Part shown: piece by piece, positions 20,037 through 30,714 of the stretch | Layout of the letters: every line of letters starts with the position of its first letter | Numbering within the stretch: position 1 is the first letter of the stretch | Assembly: GCA_044222185.1 (NCBI GenBank) | Contig: JBGANV010000004.1 | Location: 448,001-512,000, forward strand | Source: Planctomycetota bacterium | GTDB taxonomy: Bacteria; Planctomycetota; GCA-002687715; CAIWVZ01 | Length of the DNA stretch: 64,000 nucleotides | Direction of reading: 5' to 3' | The notes under the pieces: generated by a model | Told to the model about the DNA's origin: nothing | The model's input: the letters and a program-made list of their open reading frames with translations, nothing else | Databases searched by the model: none | Program-made: the position numbers and the translations under genes

Positions 20037-20591
20037 ATGGAAGATCGCGAATGGACTCCGCTCGTCGATGAACTGCGAGCGGGGCGGATTGCAGCTTGGA
20101 ACGTGGCGTGCGAGGAGCTTCGACCGCGTGTCGTCGCCTACGTGGAGCGTCTCGGCGCCGATCGGCACGGTGCGGAAGACGTGGCGCAGGACGTGTTGGG
20201 CACCGTGTACGGGAAGCTCGATCGACTGAAGCGATCACGTCGCTTCTTGTCCTGGGTGATGGCCATCGCGCGGAACCGCCTGCGCTCGCGCGTGCGCGCC
20301 CGCCGTCCCACCGAAGAGCTGAGCGAGGAGATCGCGATGCCGACGGCCAACGGGCTCGATCGGATCTTCGGCGACGATCTGCGTCGTGCGGTGATGCGGG
20401 AAGTCCGACAGCTGGCCGAGCCCACACGGCGGATGGTCGAGCTTCGGCTGTTCGAGGATTGCGCTCCCCACGAGATCTCTCTTCGACTCGGGCTGCCCTG
20501 CGCCTTGGTCCGCCGTCGCTCGCACGACGCCATGTGCATGCTGCGCCGTCGACTGGCGCGCCGCATCGGCCATGGCCCCGAGTCCTCCTGA
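20037..20591 (+). CDS. ECF RNA polymerase sigma factor
   Basis: AEDVAQDV..FLSWVMAIARN (region 2) and EISLRLG HTH (region 4); GAGGAGG RBS. Confidence 0.85.
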   Translation: MEDREWTPLVDELRAGRIAAWNVACEELRPRVVAYVERLGADRHGAEDVAQDVLGTVYGKLDRLKRSRRFLSWVMAIARNRLRSRVRARRPTEELSEEIAMPTANGLDRIFGDDLRRAVMREVRQLAEPTRRMVELRLFEDCAPHEISLRLGLPCALVRRRSHDAMCMLRRRLARRIGHGPESS

Positions 20592-20659
20592 ACACCTGAT
20601 TCGGCCGGCCGCGGGGTCGGCTTCGTTTCGCCAAGTTCGTGAACATCTGGAGTCGTGAC

Positions 20660-21400
20660 ATGAAATCGATCGCTCTGTTCTTGTCGTTCGTGTTCGTCGT
20701 TCCATCCGTGGCGCTCGCGCAAGACAACGCCAAGTCCATGCTGGACGTGGCGGCGAAGAAGGCAGCCTCCGGCAAAGGCAAGGTCGGTGAGGAGCTGAAC
20801 GGCATCCTCAAGGAAGCGGCGGGGCTCTATGACCAGGTCGCCGCGAAGTTCCCCGCGGCGCAGACGGAGTGTGCACATGCCCATCTGGAGGCCGGGCGTC
20901 TGCGCAAGCGCGTCGGGGATCTCGCGGGCGCCGAGGCATCGTTGAAGCTCACGGCCGCGGTGGCGGCCGAGCCCAAGTTCGCGTCAGAAGCCCTGCACGA
21001 CCTGGCGACGATCTATCGGAAGACGAAGCGGGCTGCGGAGGCGCAGCAGGCACTCGAGCGGATCGTCTCGGAGTTCCGCAACGAACCCCGCCAGAGAGCG
21101 GAAGCGCTGAGCCGTCTGGCGGCCATGCACCGCGCCGCGAAGAAGCCGGATCTCGCCGAGGCGTCGCTCCGCCAGATCCTCAGTGACCACGGTGATCTGT
21201 GGAGTGCATCCACGGAGGCCCTCGACGATCTGGTGGCCCTCCAGATCGCTCAGGGCCAGGAGGCGGAAGCCAAGAAGACCCTCGCCGCGCAGGGCGAAGC
21301 GTTGAAGACCCGTTTCCACGGGACGCGCCACGAAGGGCGGTTGAAGGTCGTCCTGGATCGGATCGCGCTTCGGTTCAAACTCGACGATGACGGTGAGTGA
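20660..21400 (+). CDS. Secreted TPR-repeat protein
   Basis: Signal peptide ending ALA-Q; helical A..L..A repeats. Confidence 0.75.
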   Translation: MKSIALFLSFVFVVPSVALAQDNAKSMLDVAAKKAASGKGKVGEELNGILKEAAGLYDQVAAKFPAAQTECAHAHLEAGRLRKRVGDLAGAEASLKLTAAVAAEPKFASEALHDLATIYRKTKRAAEAQQALERIVSEFRNEPRQRAEALSRLAAMHRAAKKPDLAEASLRQILSDHGDLWSASTEALDDLVALQIAQGQEAEAKKTLAAQGEALKTRFHGTRHEGRLKVVLDRIALRFKLDDDGE

Positions 21401-22934
21401 GAGGCGTACGACCGTCGCGAGCGGGCCGCCGATCCGCGCCATCGGGGTGTGGGCGTTGATCCTTGCCGCCGTGCTGGTGGCCGGTTCCTTCGAGCCTGGC
21501 GACGGCGACACGGACGAAGCGGCGCCGCAGCCGCCAGCGTTCGTCGACGCGCAGCCGCCGCCGTCGTTGCCGTCGGACATCGTCGCGGCCCTGCGGCGCG
21601 TGGCCGTCGCACGCGAGGTCGTCGCGCGCGGTGGACCGCCGCCCAGGGCCTTTGGCGCTGATGCGCAGGTGGCGGCCGAATGGGCCGCGGAGCGCATGCC
21701 CCTCGACGAGTCGGGGAGCGCGCGTGCAGCGCTCGAGCTTCTGTGTGAAGCCGAGCGGGAGTTGGCCGGTGCGGTCGCGACGTCCGCGCGCGCGGCCGCG
21801 CACGGCGCTCGCGACGAGGCCGTCCGTTGGGCCGTCGGCTGGGGCGGCGGTGACGCGGTCGAACGTCTCGTGAGAACCCTGGACACTCCCGAGACGGTGC
21901 GGTTGCACGACGCGCTCACGGAGCGGTGCCGGGATGTCGATCGGGGCCTCGTAGCAGCGATCATCCTCGCTCGTGCGCGCGCCGGCGACGCGGACGTCGA
22001 GGGCGTGGTGGTGGACGCCCTGTCGCTGGACGACGGTGACGTCCTCGCGATCGCTGCGGAGGCAGCGTCGTGGCTGGGCCCGCTCCGCCCCGTCCCGGCG
22101 TTGCGGCGAGCGCTCGGGCGCACGCATTCGACTGCCGCTGCGTGGGCGATCGCGCGGGCGCTCGGCCCCGATCTCGACCGGAGCGATCTGCAGGGGCTCG
22201 TGTCGCGGCGCGACGTTCCGGCGGAGGATCTCGCGCGGGTGATCGCGTCCGCCTCGCGACGGGAGCCGCCGACGCCGATGCGGGCGGAGGCGTGGGCGCT
22301 CGTCCGCGCGCTGTTGGACGCGGAACGTGAGCCGTCGACGGCTGCTGGATGGACGCGCCTCGCCGCACGGGGCGTGACGCCGCTGGATCTGCGCGTCGCG
22401 GAGCGGTCGCGTGTTGCCGGTGATGTCGTGCGCCTGGCGATCGACGCCGAACTCACGGAGCTTCGGGCGGCCTCGACACGTCCGCCGCCCTCCGATGGCG
22501 CATCGACGACCGAGGCGTCGTGGATCCCGCTCGCGCGCGTCGCCTGGGAGCGGAGGGCGCGCCTCTCAGCCCGGCTGATCGAGTCGATGGTTGCGACTCC
22601 GGATCGCGTCGAGGCGTGCCTGGTGTTGGCCCAGCTCGGTCTTCGTCGGGGATTCGACGCGCTGAGCGAGATGGCCACCCGGCCAGGGGACCTGGGTCGC
22701 GCGGTGGTGGCCCTGCGGGCGCTTCGCCAAATCGCCGTCGTCGCGCCGGATGATGCGAAGGTCGGCGACCCCGAGGCCTGGGCGCCGCTCGCATCGTGGA
22801 TCCGCCGCGATGGCATTCCGGGAATCGAGGACGCGCTCGTCCGCAACGGGGTCATCACCGCGGCGGAAGCGGCGGAACGGAAGCAACCGGTGGTTCAGCC
22901 GCTGCCGTCGAGCGCGTCGACCCGCGCGAGGTAG
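21387..22934 (+). CDS. Hypothetical Ala/Arg-rich helical protein with N-terminal TM or signal
   Basis: Long ORF overlapping the TPR gene end; hydrophobic N-terminus; start uncertain. Confidence 0.5.
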   Translation: MTVSERRTTVASGPPIRAIGVWALILAAVLVAGSFEPGDGDTDEAAPQPPAFVDAQPPPSLPSDIVAALRRVAVAREVVARGGPPPRAFGADAQVAAEWAAERMPLDESGSARAALELLCEAERELAGAVATSARAAAHGARDEAVRWAVGWGGGDAVERLVRTLDTPETVRLHDALTERCRDVDRGLVAAIILARARAGDADVEGVVVDALSLDDGDVLAIAAEAASWLGPLRPVPALRRALGRTHSTAAAWAIARALGPDLDRSDLQGLVSRRDVPAEDLARVIASASRREPPTPMRAEAWALVRALLDAEREPSTAAGWTRLAARGVTPLDLRVAERSRVAGDVVRLAIDAELTELRAASTRPPPSDGASTTEASWIPLARVAWERRARLSARLIESMVATPDRVEACLVLAQLGLRRGFDALSEMATRPGDLGRAVVALRALRQIAVVAPDDAKVGDPEAWAPLASWIRRDGIPGIEDALVRNGVITAAEAAERKQPVVQPLPSSASTRAR

Positions 22935-24262
22935 GCGGCCTTGTCGAATTTCCGCCCCGTGCTCGCACCGCTCATGAAGCGGATCATCCCGAAGATCGGT
23001 CGCGCGGGGCCCCACGGGCGATCGTGGACGCCGCCGATTCCCCAGGCGATGCCGCAGTAGCCGTTGGGGTCTCGGCCGTCGAGTTCGAACGCGTCGTTCA
23101 TCGCGATGGCGATGGAGTAGGCGTCTTCCGGCGACGCCGTCCACTCGAGGATCTTCTTCACCCAGTACATGCGGAGGTAACCCTGCATGTGACCGGAGAG
23201 GACCATCTCTCGTTGCGTCGCGTTCCACAGGTCGTCGTGAGTGCGGGCCTCGCGCAGCTCCGCGGCGTCGTAGAGGTAGGGACGGGGATCCGCTCGATGC
23301 TGATCGAGCGTCTTCTGCGCCCACGACGGCGCGCCGGCGAGGGTGTCGTATTGCGGGTTGCGCAGGACGTAGTTGATCGCAAGCTCCCGCCGCACGAGGA
23401 ACTCCTCCAGGAAGGCCTCGATGTCCACGGCGGGTGCGCCCGACTCGTGCACCGCCCACGCCACCTGTTGCGGGCCCAGATGCCCGAAGTGCAGGTAGGG
23501 CGAGAGGCGGCTCGTGCCGAGGAGATCGGGCTTGTTGCGCGTCGTCGCGTAACCGGCGAGCCGCTCTTCGAGGAACTGGTCGAGGGCCCGCCGGGCTGCC
23601 GTCGGCCCTGGATCGAACGTGGTGACGGGCGCCACCGAGCGGTCGATCTTCCAACCCTTCGGGACCGATGCCTTCGCCGGGTCCTCGCCCCGTATTGCAA
23701 ACGACGCTGGGACCCGCGCCCGCGTGCGGGTCGGCTTCGTGAGCCACGACGCCAGGACGCGGTGGTACTTGGGTCGAAGGGTGCGGGCCGCGTACTCGGC
23801 CTTCGGGAAGTGCGCGGAGGGGACGAGGCACTCGGTGTCGACGGTCACCAGCGGAACAGCGAGCCTCTCGGCCGCGAGTTGGCGCCATCGCTCCGTCTCA
23901 CGCAGCGGGTTCTCGTCGCCGACGACGAGCGCCGGGCGGACTTCGTCGCAGAAGTCGCGGAGATCGTGCGCGGGGAACGGGCGGTACACGAAGCGGCATC
24001 CGCGGGATTCGACCTCGCGGGCCAGGTCGGGGATGCCGCCGAAGAGGAACGTGTAGGCACGCAGGTTCGCCCGGGGGAAGAACGGGACCGGGGCGAGGAA
24101 GACGATGACCGGCAATCCGCGGGCATTTGCCAGCTCGATGGCCAGATCGAGTGCCGGGTTGCCGTCCGCGCGCTGAGCGCGCTGCATCCAGTAGACGACG
24201 CAGCGGGCGCCGTCGGACTCGGGTCCGTCGCGACGCAGGCGGAGGCGGGGATCGGCCGTCAC
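22895..24262 (-). CDS. phrB: Deoxyribodipyrimidine photolyase, class II
   Basis: YWMQRAQR..NPAL, SRLSPYLHFG, THDDLWNA, YLRMYWVKKILEW and LDGRDPNGY; GTG start approximate. Confidence 0.92.
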   Translation of the reverse strand: MTADPRLRLRRDGPESDGARCVVYWMQRAQRADGNPALDLAIELANARGLPVIVFLAPVPFFPRANLRAYTFLFGGIPDLAREVESRGCRFVYRPFPAHDLRDFCDEVRPALVVGDENPLRETERWRQLAAERLAVPLVTVDTECLVPSAHFPKAEYAARTLRPKYHRVLASWLTKPTRTRARVPASFAIRGEDPAKASVPKGWKIDRSVAPVTTFDPGPTAARRALDQFLEERLAGYATTRNKPDLLGTSRLSPYLHFGHLGPQQVAWAVHESGAPAVDIEAFLEEFLVRRELAINYVLRNPQYDTLAGAPSWAQKTLDQHRADPRPYLYDAAELREARTHDDLWNATQREMVLSGHMQGYLRMYWVKKILEWTASPEDAYSIAIAMNDAFELDGRDPNGYCGIAWGIGGVHDRPWGPARPIFGMIRFMSGASTGRKFDKAAYLARVDALDGSG

Positions 24263-24446
24263 GCGCCGTGCGAGCGCCGAAGTTCCAAAGGTCACGGTGG
24301 ATGTGGGTGCGGCCGGGCGGGATGTGGGATGCACGCGGGGTTCTATCAGTCGGCACCTGGCGCCGTCCTGCGCACGCGACCAAAGTTCACCGCTGGGCCA
24401 CGGCGGGGACGCCGATACCATGGACCTCAGATCCGGGGGAAATCAC

Positions 24447-25481
24447 ATGTCTTGCAGGGCCATCACGTGCCTCGCGCTCACGATCGCGGTCTCGTGGGCG
24501 CAGGACGCACCGCGCCCGGCCGAGGTCGTCGAGACCCGGCCGTTGCGCACCATGCCGGAGGCGATCCATCGCACGGCGCTGCCGCAGTCCGGGCTCGGTC
24601 TCGCCGCGGGGTATCCGGGCGACGTCAACATCCGCAAGGATCGTCGCGTGCTGTTCTCGGAGGACTTCGAGGGCAAGGATCCGTTCCGCAACTGGACGGA
24701 CGTGAAGGGCGGTGACGGCGTGCGGCTCGTCGAAGACGGGACGCACGCGGGCAAGCGCTCCGTGTCCATCGCCGCCGACCTGTCGCGCGACGACGGCGGA
24801 CACCTCTTTCGCCGCCTCGCGTTCGGTGAAGACTCGGTGTACGTGCGCTTCTACGTGAAGTTCGTGGCGCCGGTGGAATACGTGCATCACTTCGTCACGC
24901 TGTCGGCTGACGATCCGCCGCAGAAGTTTCCGGCTGGCGGCGCGGGCGTGTGCCCCGATGGTGGCCGACGGTTCTCGACGGCCATCGAGCCGTTCGGCTA
25001 CCACGGGAAGGCCGCGGCGCCGGGGAACTGGAGGCTCGCGTCCTATTGGTGCGAGATGGGGATCTCCTCCGACCTGAAGTACTGGGGGAACGCCTTCGAA
25101 CCCGAGACGCCGATTCCGGCCGTTGCCGACACCTGGACCTGCGTCGAGTTCATGATTCGTGCGAACACCACGGCCACGTCGTCCGACGGCGCGCAGGCGT
25201 TCTGGATCAACGGTGAGTCCGGGACGGCCTTCGAGGGTTATCGCTGGCGCACGAACCCCAAGCTCAAGCTGAACGGCGTGTGGTTCCTGTATTTCATGTC
25301 GGCCGACGGCGCGAAGATGCACGGCTCGCTCGAACCGCGGCGCCAGACGTCCGTCCTGTTCGACGACATCGTCGTGGCGCGCGAGTACATCGGCCCGCAA
25401 ACGGCTCCGCCGCCGGAACCCGAACCGCCCAAGCCTGAAGGCGACGGCAAGGACGGCGACAACCACTCGGCATCGCGCTGA
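24447..25481 (+). CDS. Secreted beta-jelly-roll (polysaccharide lyase/ConA-like) protein
   Basis: Signal peptide; FSEDFE, YVRFYVKF, WTCVEFMI, DG..AFWING, FDDIVVA. Confidence 0.65.
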   Translation: MSCRAITCLALTIAVSWAQDAPRPAEVVETRPLRTMPEAIHRTALPQSGLGLAAGYPGDVNIRKDRRVLFSEDFEGKDPFRNWTDVKGGDGVRLVEDGTHAGKRSVSIAADLSRDDGGHLFRRLAFGEDSVYVRFYVKFVAPVEYVHHFVTLSADDPPQKFPAGGAGVCPDGGRRFSTAIEPFGYHGKAAAPGNWRLASYWCEMGISSDLKYWGNAFEPETPIPAVADTWTCVEFMIRANTTATSSDGAQAFWINGESGTAFEGYRWRTNPKLKLNGVWFLYFMSADGAKMHGSLEPRRQTSVLFDDIVVAREYIGPQTAPPPEPEPPKPEGDGKDGDNHSASR

Positions 25482-25503
25482 TCGTGCCCGGAGGCCTTGG
25501 CGC

Positions 25504-25914
25504 CTATTCGAACACGAAGTCGATCGGCGCGTCGATGTCCGGATGGATGCTCCGGTGCACGGGGCATCCGTGGGCGGCGGCCATGAGCGCCTTGTGATCC
25601 TCGTCCGACAGCCGCATGGGGAACTTCACCGTGACGGGCAGCCGGGCGATGCGCCGCGGCGCCTCCGCAGTCATGTGCTTCTCGACCTTCACGGTGATTC
25701 CGCGCAGGTCGATGCCACGCCGCTCCGCGACCATCGACATGATCGTGACGACGCAGGTCCCGAGCGCCGTGGCCATCAGGTCGGTGGGCGAGAACGCACT
25801 CCCGTCACCGCCGTTGTCCTTCGGCGCCGTCGTCTGAAGCTCTGAGCCGCTGGGCCCGTGCTTCGCCTTGCACGACGTCTTGCCCAGATAGTTGACCTGG
25901 ATTTCCACTACCAT
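25504..25914 (-). CDS. OsmC/Ohr family protein
   Basis: FSPTDLMATALGTC and CPVHRS cysteine motifs. Confidence 0.9.
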   Translation of the reverse strand: MVVEIQVNYLGKTSCKAKHGPSGSELQTTAPKDNGGDGSAFSPTDLMATALGTCVVTIMSMVAERRGIDLRGITVKVEKHMTAEAPRRIARLPVTVKFPMRLSDEDHKALMAAAHGCPVHRSIHPDIDAPIDFVFE

Positions 25915-26002
25915 GGCGTGCTCCTGGATCGGACCCGCAGCCCGCGGATCGGTGGGACAATCCGCGGTGGAGCACGCGCCGGCAAGGGGCGCTGGCGTCA
26001 GC

Positions 26003-26662
26003 TCACCGATCCATCATTTCCGGATGGGCGTCCCCGCGGGACATGCGCCACGAGTGGTAGGCGATCTCGATCGCGTCGACGGACTTCTGGGATTCTTCAC
26101 GTACCCAGCGGTCGCGTTCGTCGTGGCAGTGGGCCCTGAGAGCGTCGAGCGCCGGATAGCCGTGGTGGCCCATGCGGCCGAGAGCCATGGCGGCAAACCG
26201 CCGGACGTAGGCGTCCGTGTCGTCCATGGCGCGGGTGAGAGCCGGAACGGCTTCGAGGAACGCCGGCTCGCCGATGTGGTAGAGGGTGAACGCGGCCTGG
26301 CGTCGCACGGGCACGTCGGGATCGGCGAGGCAAGCGGAGAGCTTGGGCGACGCGGGCAGGGCCTCGGCGCGGTAATTCGCGAGCGTGGAGATGGCTGAGT
26401 ACCGCACGTCGGAGTCGGCGTCCGCGAGCTCGGGCTCGACGGCCGGAATCGCCGAGGGTCCCATCTTGGTGAGCGCCGCGACGGCCGCATCCCGGGTCGC
26501 GCGGTCCTTCGTGTGGAAGTCCTTCGCCCAGTCGGCCGCCGAGCGCCCCTCGGCGACGGGGCGCGACTCGGCATCGGCTTCGGCCGTCGTCTCGCACGCG
26601 GAAGTGAAACCGAGCCCTGCCACCAGGACTACGAACGCGAGTCGATTGATCATGTCCTTCAA
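26003..26662 (-). CDS. HEAT-repeat lipoprotein
   Basis: Lipobox-like FTSAC; D.D..VR..AA..L repeats. Confidence 0.8.
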   Translation of the reverse strand: MKDMINRLAFVVLVAGLGFTSACETTAEADAESRPVAEGRSAADWAKDFHTKDRATRDAAVAALTKMGPSAIPAVEPELADADSDVRYSAISTLANYRAEALPASPKLSACLADPDVPVRRQAAFTLYHIGEPAFLEAVPALTRAMDDTDAYVRRFAAMALGRMGHHGYPALDALRAHCHDERDRWVREESQKSVDAIEIAYHSWRMSRGDAHPEMMDR

Positions 26663-26835
26663 CGTCCAAGCTCCCTTGAGCGCGCCATCCTATGTCTCGA
26701 GGACAGTTATCGGAATGCGGAGCCGCCCGACCGCACCCGGGATCGCCGGGGATACGGCCTGAGACTTCCACGAGACGGTGGCGCAGGGTCGTACAGCCGC
26801 TTGTCGCCGCCGCCTGGACGGTGCATCTTGCGGAC

Positions 26836-27336
26836 ATGAGCCTTGCTGCCACGACTTTTGGCGAGCTGTACTCGGTGAACTGGGGCTCCTTGCGCGCCAC
26901 GTGCCGGGACGTCAGCGAGGACGAGGCGCGCATCCGCCCCGGCGGACGCCAGAACCCGATCCACTGGCTTGCGGGCCACGTCGCTGCATACCGAGCCCAC
27001 GTCTTGAAGCGCCTCGACGCGCCGCTCGACGTCGGCCTGGAGCTCGCTCGCCACTTCGGGAAGGACACCCAACCGGGCGAGACGGGCACGACGCCCACCC
27101 TCGCCGAGATCCTCGCAGCGTGCGCCAGGCTGCACGAAGCGCTCCTGGCACGCCTCAAGACCCTGGGTGACGACGCGCTCTCCGTGAAGACGCCCACCCC
27201 GGGCGGCCGTGAGATGCCCGTCGTGTCGTTCTTCTATTTCCACGAGACGTACCACATCGGCCAGATCGGTTACGCCCGCACCTGGCTGGGCAAGGCGCCC
27301 CTGGTCCCCAAGGGCCCGGTGGCGGGCGCGTCCTGA
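26836..27336 (+). CDS. DinB family protein
   Basis: NPIHWLAGH and FHETYHIGQI. Confidence 0.85.
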   Translation: MSLAATTFGELYSVNWGSLRATCRDVSEDEARIRPGGRQNPIHWLAGHVAAYRAHVLKRLDAPLDVGLELARHFGKDTQPGETGTTPTLAEILAACARLHEALLARLKTLGDDALSVKTPTPGGREMPVVSFFYFHETYHIGQIGYARTWLGKAPLVPKGPVAGAS

Positions 27337-27380
27337 ATCCGACGCCGCACTGCGGCATCGAGAACCGGATCGGCTGAAGC

Positions 27381-28520
27381 ATGCACGTGTTCATCCTGGG
27401 TCGGGCCGAGCGGGCCGAGCGTATCGACCTCCTTCGTCGCGACACGCTCGAGTTTCGCAGTCGCCGCGGCCTGCGGCACGTGGATCGGATCCTCGTCGAA
27501 GCTCTGCCCAAGGTCGCTCCGACGCGCGCCCTGACGGGGCTCGACTCCGAGGGCTCGGTCGCCCTGGCGCTGAACGCCATCCATCCCCAGACGCGCGCCA
27601 CCTGGTTTCACTTGGATGCGTACGTTGCCGATCGCGTCGCGGGGAACCTGCGCACGCATGGCGCCGACCCGGCGATCGCCGTCGTCGCGCCGGATCTCCC
27701 GGGTCACCAACCGGCCGGCGACGTGACGCCGGAATTCGACCTCATCGCCCTGCCGTTTCCGGCGGGCGGCGAGGCGCTCTTCGCCCGGGAACTCGTCGAG
27801 GAGGCGCACGATCTCCTGCTCGAAGGTGGCAAGCTCATCGCGGCGACGGACCGATCACCGGAGTGGACGGCCAGAGTGGCCCGCGAGGTCTTCGGCAAGA
27901 TCGACATCGTGAAGGCCGAGGGCGGTGGGGCCGTCATCCACTGCGTGCGCCGGTCGATGAAGCGCGCGTGGAAGGATCACAGTCACGTCGTTCACCTCGA
28001 ACAGGGCGAGCGCACGCTGGCGTTCCGCACGCGGCCCGGGGTGTTCTCCTACGGTCACGTGGACCGAGGAACGAAGGCGCTCCTCGACGTGGCGAGAATC
28101 CCCAATCGCTCACGGATCCTGGACATCGGCTGCGGCTACGGAGTCCTCGGGATCGCCACGGCCGTGGCGTGCGGCGGATCGACGGTGCTCGTGGACTCGA
28201 ACGCCCGCGCCGTGCAGCTTGCGGGGGAGAACGCCGCGACCTCCGGTGTGGCCGACGCCAGGGCGATCCTCGTGGCCGATGCGCCGCGCTTCGACGAGAC
28301 GGGGTTCGACGCCGTGCTCGCAAACCCGCCCTACTTCGCCGACTACCGCATCGCCGAATCGTTCATCGAAGGCGCGTGGCGCGCGCTAAAAGCGGGCGGA
28401 TCCCTCTGGCTCGTCGCGAAGGCCATCGACGAGCACATGACGCGCGTCGAGGATCGCTTCGGCGTGGCGCACGTGGAGGAGTGCGACGGCTACGGCGTGA
28501 TCCACGCGACGCGGGCCTGA
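27381..28520 (+). CDS. Class I SAM methyltransferase, RsmC/MTS-like
   Basis: PGVFS..VDRGT, ILDIGCGYG, ANPPY. Confidence 0.87.
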   Translation: MHVFILGRAERAERIDLLRRDTLEFRSRRGLRHVDRILVEALPKVAPTRALTGLDSEGSVALALNAIHPQTRATWFHLDAYVADRVAGNLRTHGADPAIAVVAPDLPGHQPAGDVTPEFDLIALPFPAGGEALFARELVEEAHDLLLEGGKLIAATDRSPEWTARVAREVFGKIDIVKAEGGGAVIHCVRRSMKRAWKDHSHVVHLEQGERTLAFRTRPGVFSYGHVDRGTKALLDVARIPNRSRILDIGCGYGVLGIATAVACGGSTVLVDSNARAVQLAGENAATSGVADARAILVADAPRFDETGFDAVLANPPYFADYRIAESFIEGAWRALKAGGSLWLVAKAIDEHMTRVEDRFGVAHVEECDGYGVIHATRA

Positions 28521-28530
28521 GCGGAGCGGC

Positions 28531-28552
28531 CGCGGCAGCAAGCGCTGCCGCG
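28531..28552. terminator. GC hairpin between convergent genes
   Basis: CGCGGCAGC-aagc-GCTGCCGCG perfect 9-bp stem; no U-tract. Confidence 0.4.
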
Positions 28553-28566
28553 ACGCGCGAGACGCC

Positions 28567-30714
28567 TCAGATCACGACCATGTTGAGGATGTAGGCGCGG
28601 GTCGTCGTCGCCGTGCCGAAGATCAGCTGCTGCTGGATGAAGAGCAGCCAGGACTGGCCGGGGATCGTGAGGCCGCCTTCATTGACGAGGATGGCCGAGT
28701 TGAAGCCGATGCCCGGGCTGCCGCCGTTCGGCCACGCGAACGGGAACGGCGTGACGCCGTCGTCGTCGTTCGTGGCGACGAGCGGGTTGCCGCCCGAGGC
28801 GTACAGGGCGATGAACGGGTTGTAGACGCCGTTCGCCGCGGCGCCCGTCTCGAAGAGCGAGTCGACGAGCGAGTACTGCGACGTTCCCGTCTGCACCTTC
28901 ACGCCGAGCACCTCGATGTAGATGTTCTGCCCGGCGCTGACCGGGATGCCGACGATCGTGCCCGGCGGGCTGCCGGTCGTGCCCGTCGCGCCGTAGGTCT
29001 GCGTGTTCGGCGTGCCGGCAGCGCCGCCCGTCGGAACCGCGGACACCGTGCCGCTCTTCACGAACAGAAGTTCGGGAAGGATGCCCACGGGCGCGAAGAA
29101 CGAGTTGTCCCAGGTCAGGCTCGTACGGCCCGAGGCGTTGTCCGTGACCGTCACGGAGTGGCCGCCGATCAAGAACCGCGGGTTCGTCGTCGCCAGGTTC
29201 GGGATGGTGAACGTGAGCGTCGTCGCGTTCGTCGGCGTCGCGGTCACGGTGACCGGCGAATACAGGCCGTGGATCGGCGTCAGCGTGATCGTGCAGGGGC
29301 CGGCCGGGAAGTTGTTGCCGGAAATGTCGATGGCCGTGCCGGCAGCCTTGGCGTTGACCTGGAGGCCCGCCGAGTTGAACTGCTTCACCGACGGGGCGTT
29401 CGTGATGACGTGGACGTTCAGCATGTAGTCGCCCGTGGCGAACGCCGCCGGGACGACCGAACCGACGAGGACCTGGTAGGAGTCGGTGACGCGGGCTTGG
29501 AACGTGAGCTTGGGATTGAAGCCCGGGCCGCTGTCGTCGTCGCCGTGGATGAGGAAGTTGTTGGTGCCCGTCGAGTCGTAGGTGAGCGGCAGGCCGTTCC
29601 CGATCTCGATGAAGTTCAGGAGAAGGTCTGCACCCTGCGTCGCGCCGGGGTTGAACGTGCGGCCGTACCCGTCGAGCAGCGTCGTGCGACCGACGTTCAT
29701 CGAGAACGCCTCGACGGTGACGACGTCGCCCGCGTTCAGCGTCATCGTGTAGGTGTGGACCGCGGTGGCCGAGATCAGCGCGTTCGTGACCGTCGCGTAC
29801 TTGTCGGTCGTCGAGTACGGGCTCGTCGTCAGCGTCAATGTGTTGGCGACGCCCGTGACCGCCGTGGGGCCGTTGGGATTGATCACGGCGAGGAACGTGC
29901 GCATCTCGTCGGGATCGGATTCGGACGGATATCCTGGCGCCGTGGAATCTTCGTAGGTCACCGGGCCGGAGCCCGCACCGAGCGGCACGGAGAAGTTCAG
30001 CGAGGGCGAGTTGACGGGGAGCGTGGCTCCACCGTTGCCGTTCGCCGGGTTGAACCGCGTGAAATTCGCGACGCCGCCCGAGCCGCCGGACGTGGAGAGG
30101 GAAACCGGCGTGAACTCACCGGCGAAGTTCGGCGTGATCGATGCGATGCCGGGGTGAACTTCGAGCTGGACTGCGTTGCTGAGGCGCAGCGAGTTGAAGG
30201 CCGCCGGATCGAGGATGGCTGTCTGAAGCGTCCAGCAGGTGTTGTTGATGCCGGGGACGTTCGCCAGGTTCATCGAGAGCTGGAAGACGAACTGGGGGCT
30301 CGGCGTCGCGATGAACGGGTTCGGGATCCCGAAGTTGAAGAGACCGATGCCATCGGCGATCGCGCCGAACGGCACGGAGAAGTCGAGCCACACGTCTCCC
30401 GATCCCGGAATCGACTGCGGGCCTGCGACGGGCGGGCCCGCCGTGTAGACGATCGAGAGCGGAAGTCCCGCGGAGCCCGAGACGTTCGTCAACTGCATCG
30501 TGATCGGACCCAGTGCCGACGACACCGCGATGTTGTCCTGCGCCGTCGGGGTGAACAGGCTGTTGGCCGTCGAGTTCGTCTGCGTGAAGACGTTGAACTC
30601 GTTGCCGGTGACGGTCGTGTTGTTCAGGAAGGCCGTCGGCGGCGTATTCGGGCATTGCGCCGCGACCACCCAGGCGAGGGCGAGCGCGAACGGAACGGAG
30701 AGGGATCGTGACAT
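28567..30714 (-). CDS. Secreted/surface protein with PPC-like and IPT/TIG-like beta domains
   Basis: Signal peptide (VVAA-Q); DDDSGPG and NDDDG PPC-type motifs; ISGNNF TIG-like; Thr/Asn/Gly rich. Confidence 0.7.
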   Translation of the reverse strand: MSRSLSVPFALALAWVVAAQCPNTPPTAFLNNTTVTGNEFNVFTQTNSTANSLFTPTAQDNIAVSSALGPITMQLTNVSGSAGLPLSIVYTAGPPVAGPQSIPGSGDVWLDFSVPFGAIADGIGLFNFGIPNPFIATPSPQFVFQLSMNLANVPGINNTCWTLQTAILDPAAFNSLRLSNAVQLEVHPGIASITPNFAGEFTPVSLSTSGGSGGVANFTRFNPANGNGGATLPVNSPSLNFSVPLGAGSGPVTYEDSTAPGYPSESDPDEMRTFLAVINPNGPTAVTGVANTLTLTTSPYSTTDKYATVTNALISATAVHTYTMTLNAGDVVTVEAFSMNVGRTTLLDGYGRTFNPGATQGADLLLNFIEIGNGLPLTYDSTGTNNFLIHGDDDSGPGFNPKLTFQARVTDSYQVLVGSVVPAAFATGDYMLNVHVITNAPSVKQFNSAGLQVNAKAAGTAIDISGNNFPAGPCTITLTPIHGLYSPVTVTATPTNATTLTFTIPNLATTNPRFLIGGHSVTVTDNASGRTSLTWDNSFFAPVGILPELLFVKSGTVSAVPTGGAAGTPNTQTYGATGTTGSPPGTIVGIPVSAGQNIYIEVLGVKVQTGTSQYSLVDSLFETGAAANGVYNPFIALYASGGNPLVATNDDDGVTPFPFAWPNGGSPGIGFNSAILVNEGGLTIPGQSWLLFIQQQLIFGTATTTRAYILNMVVI

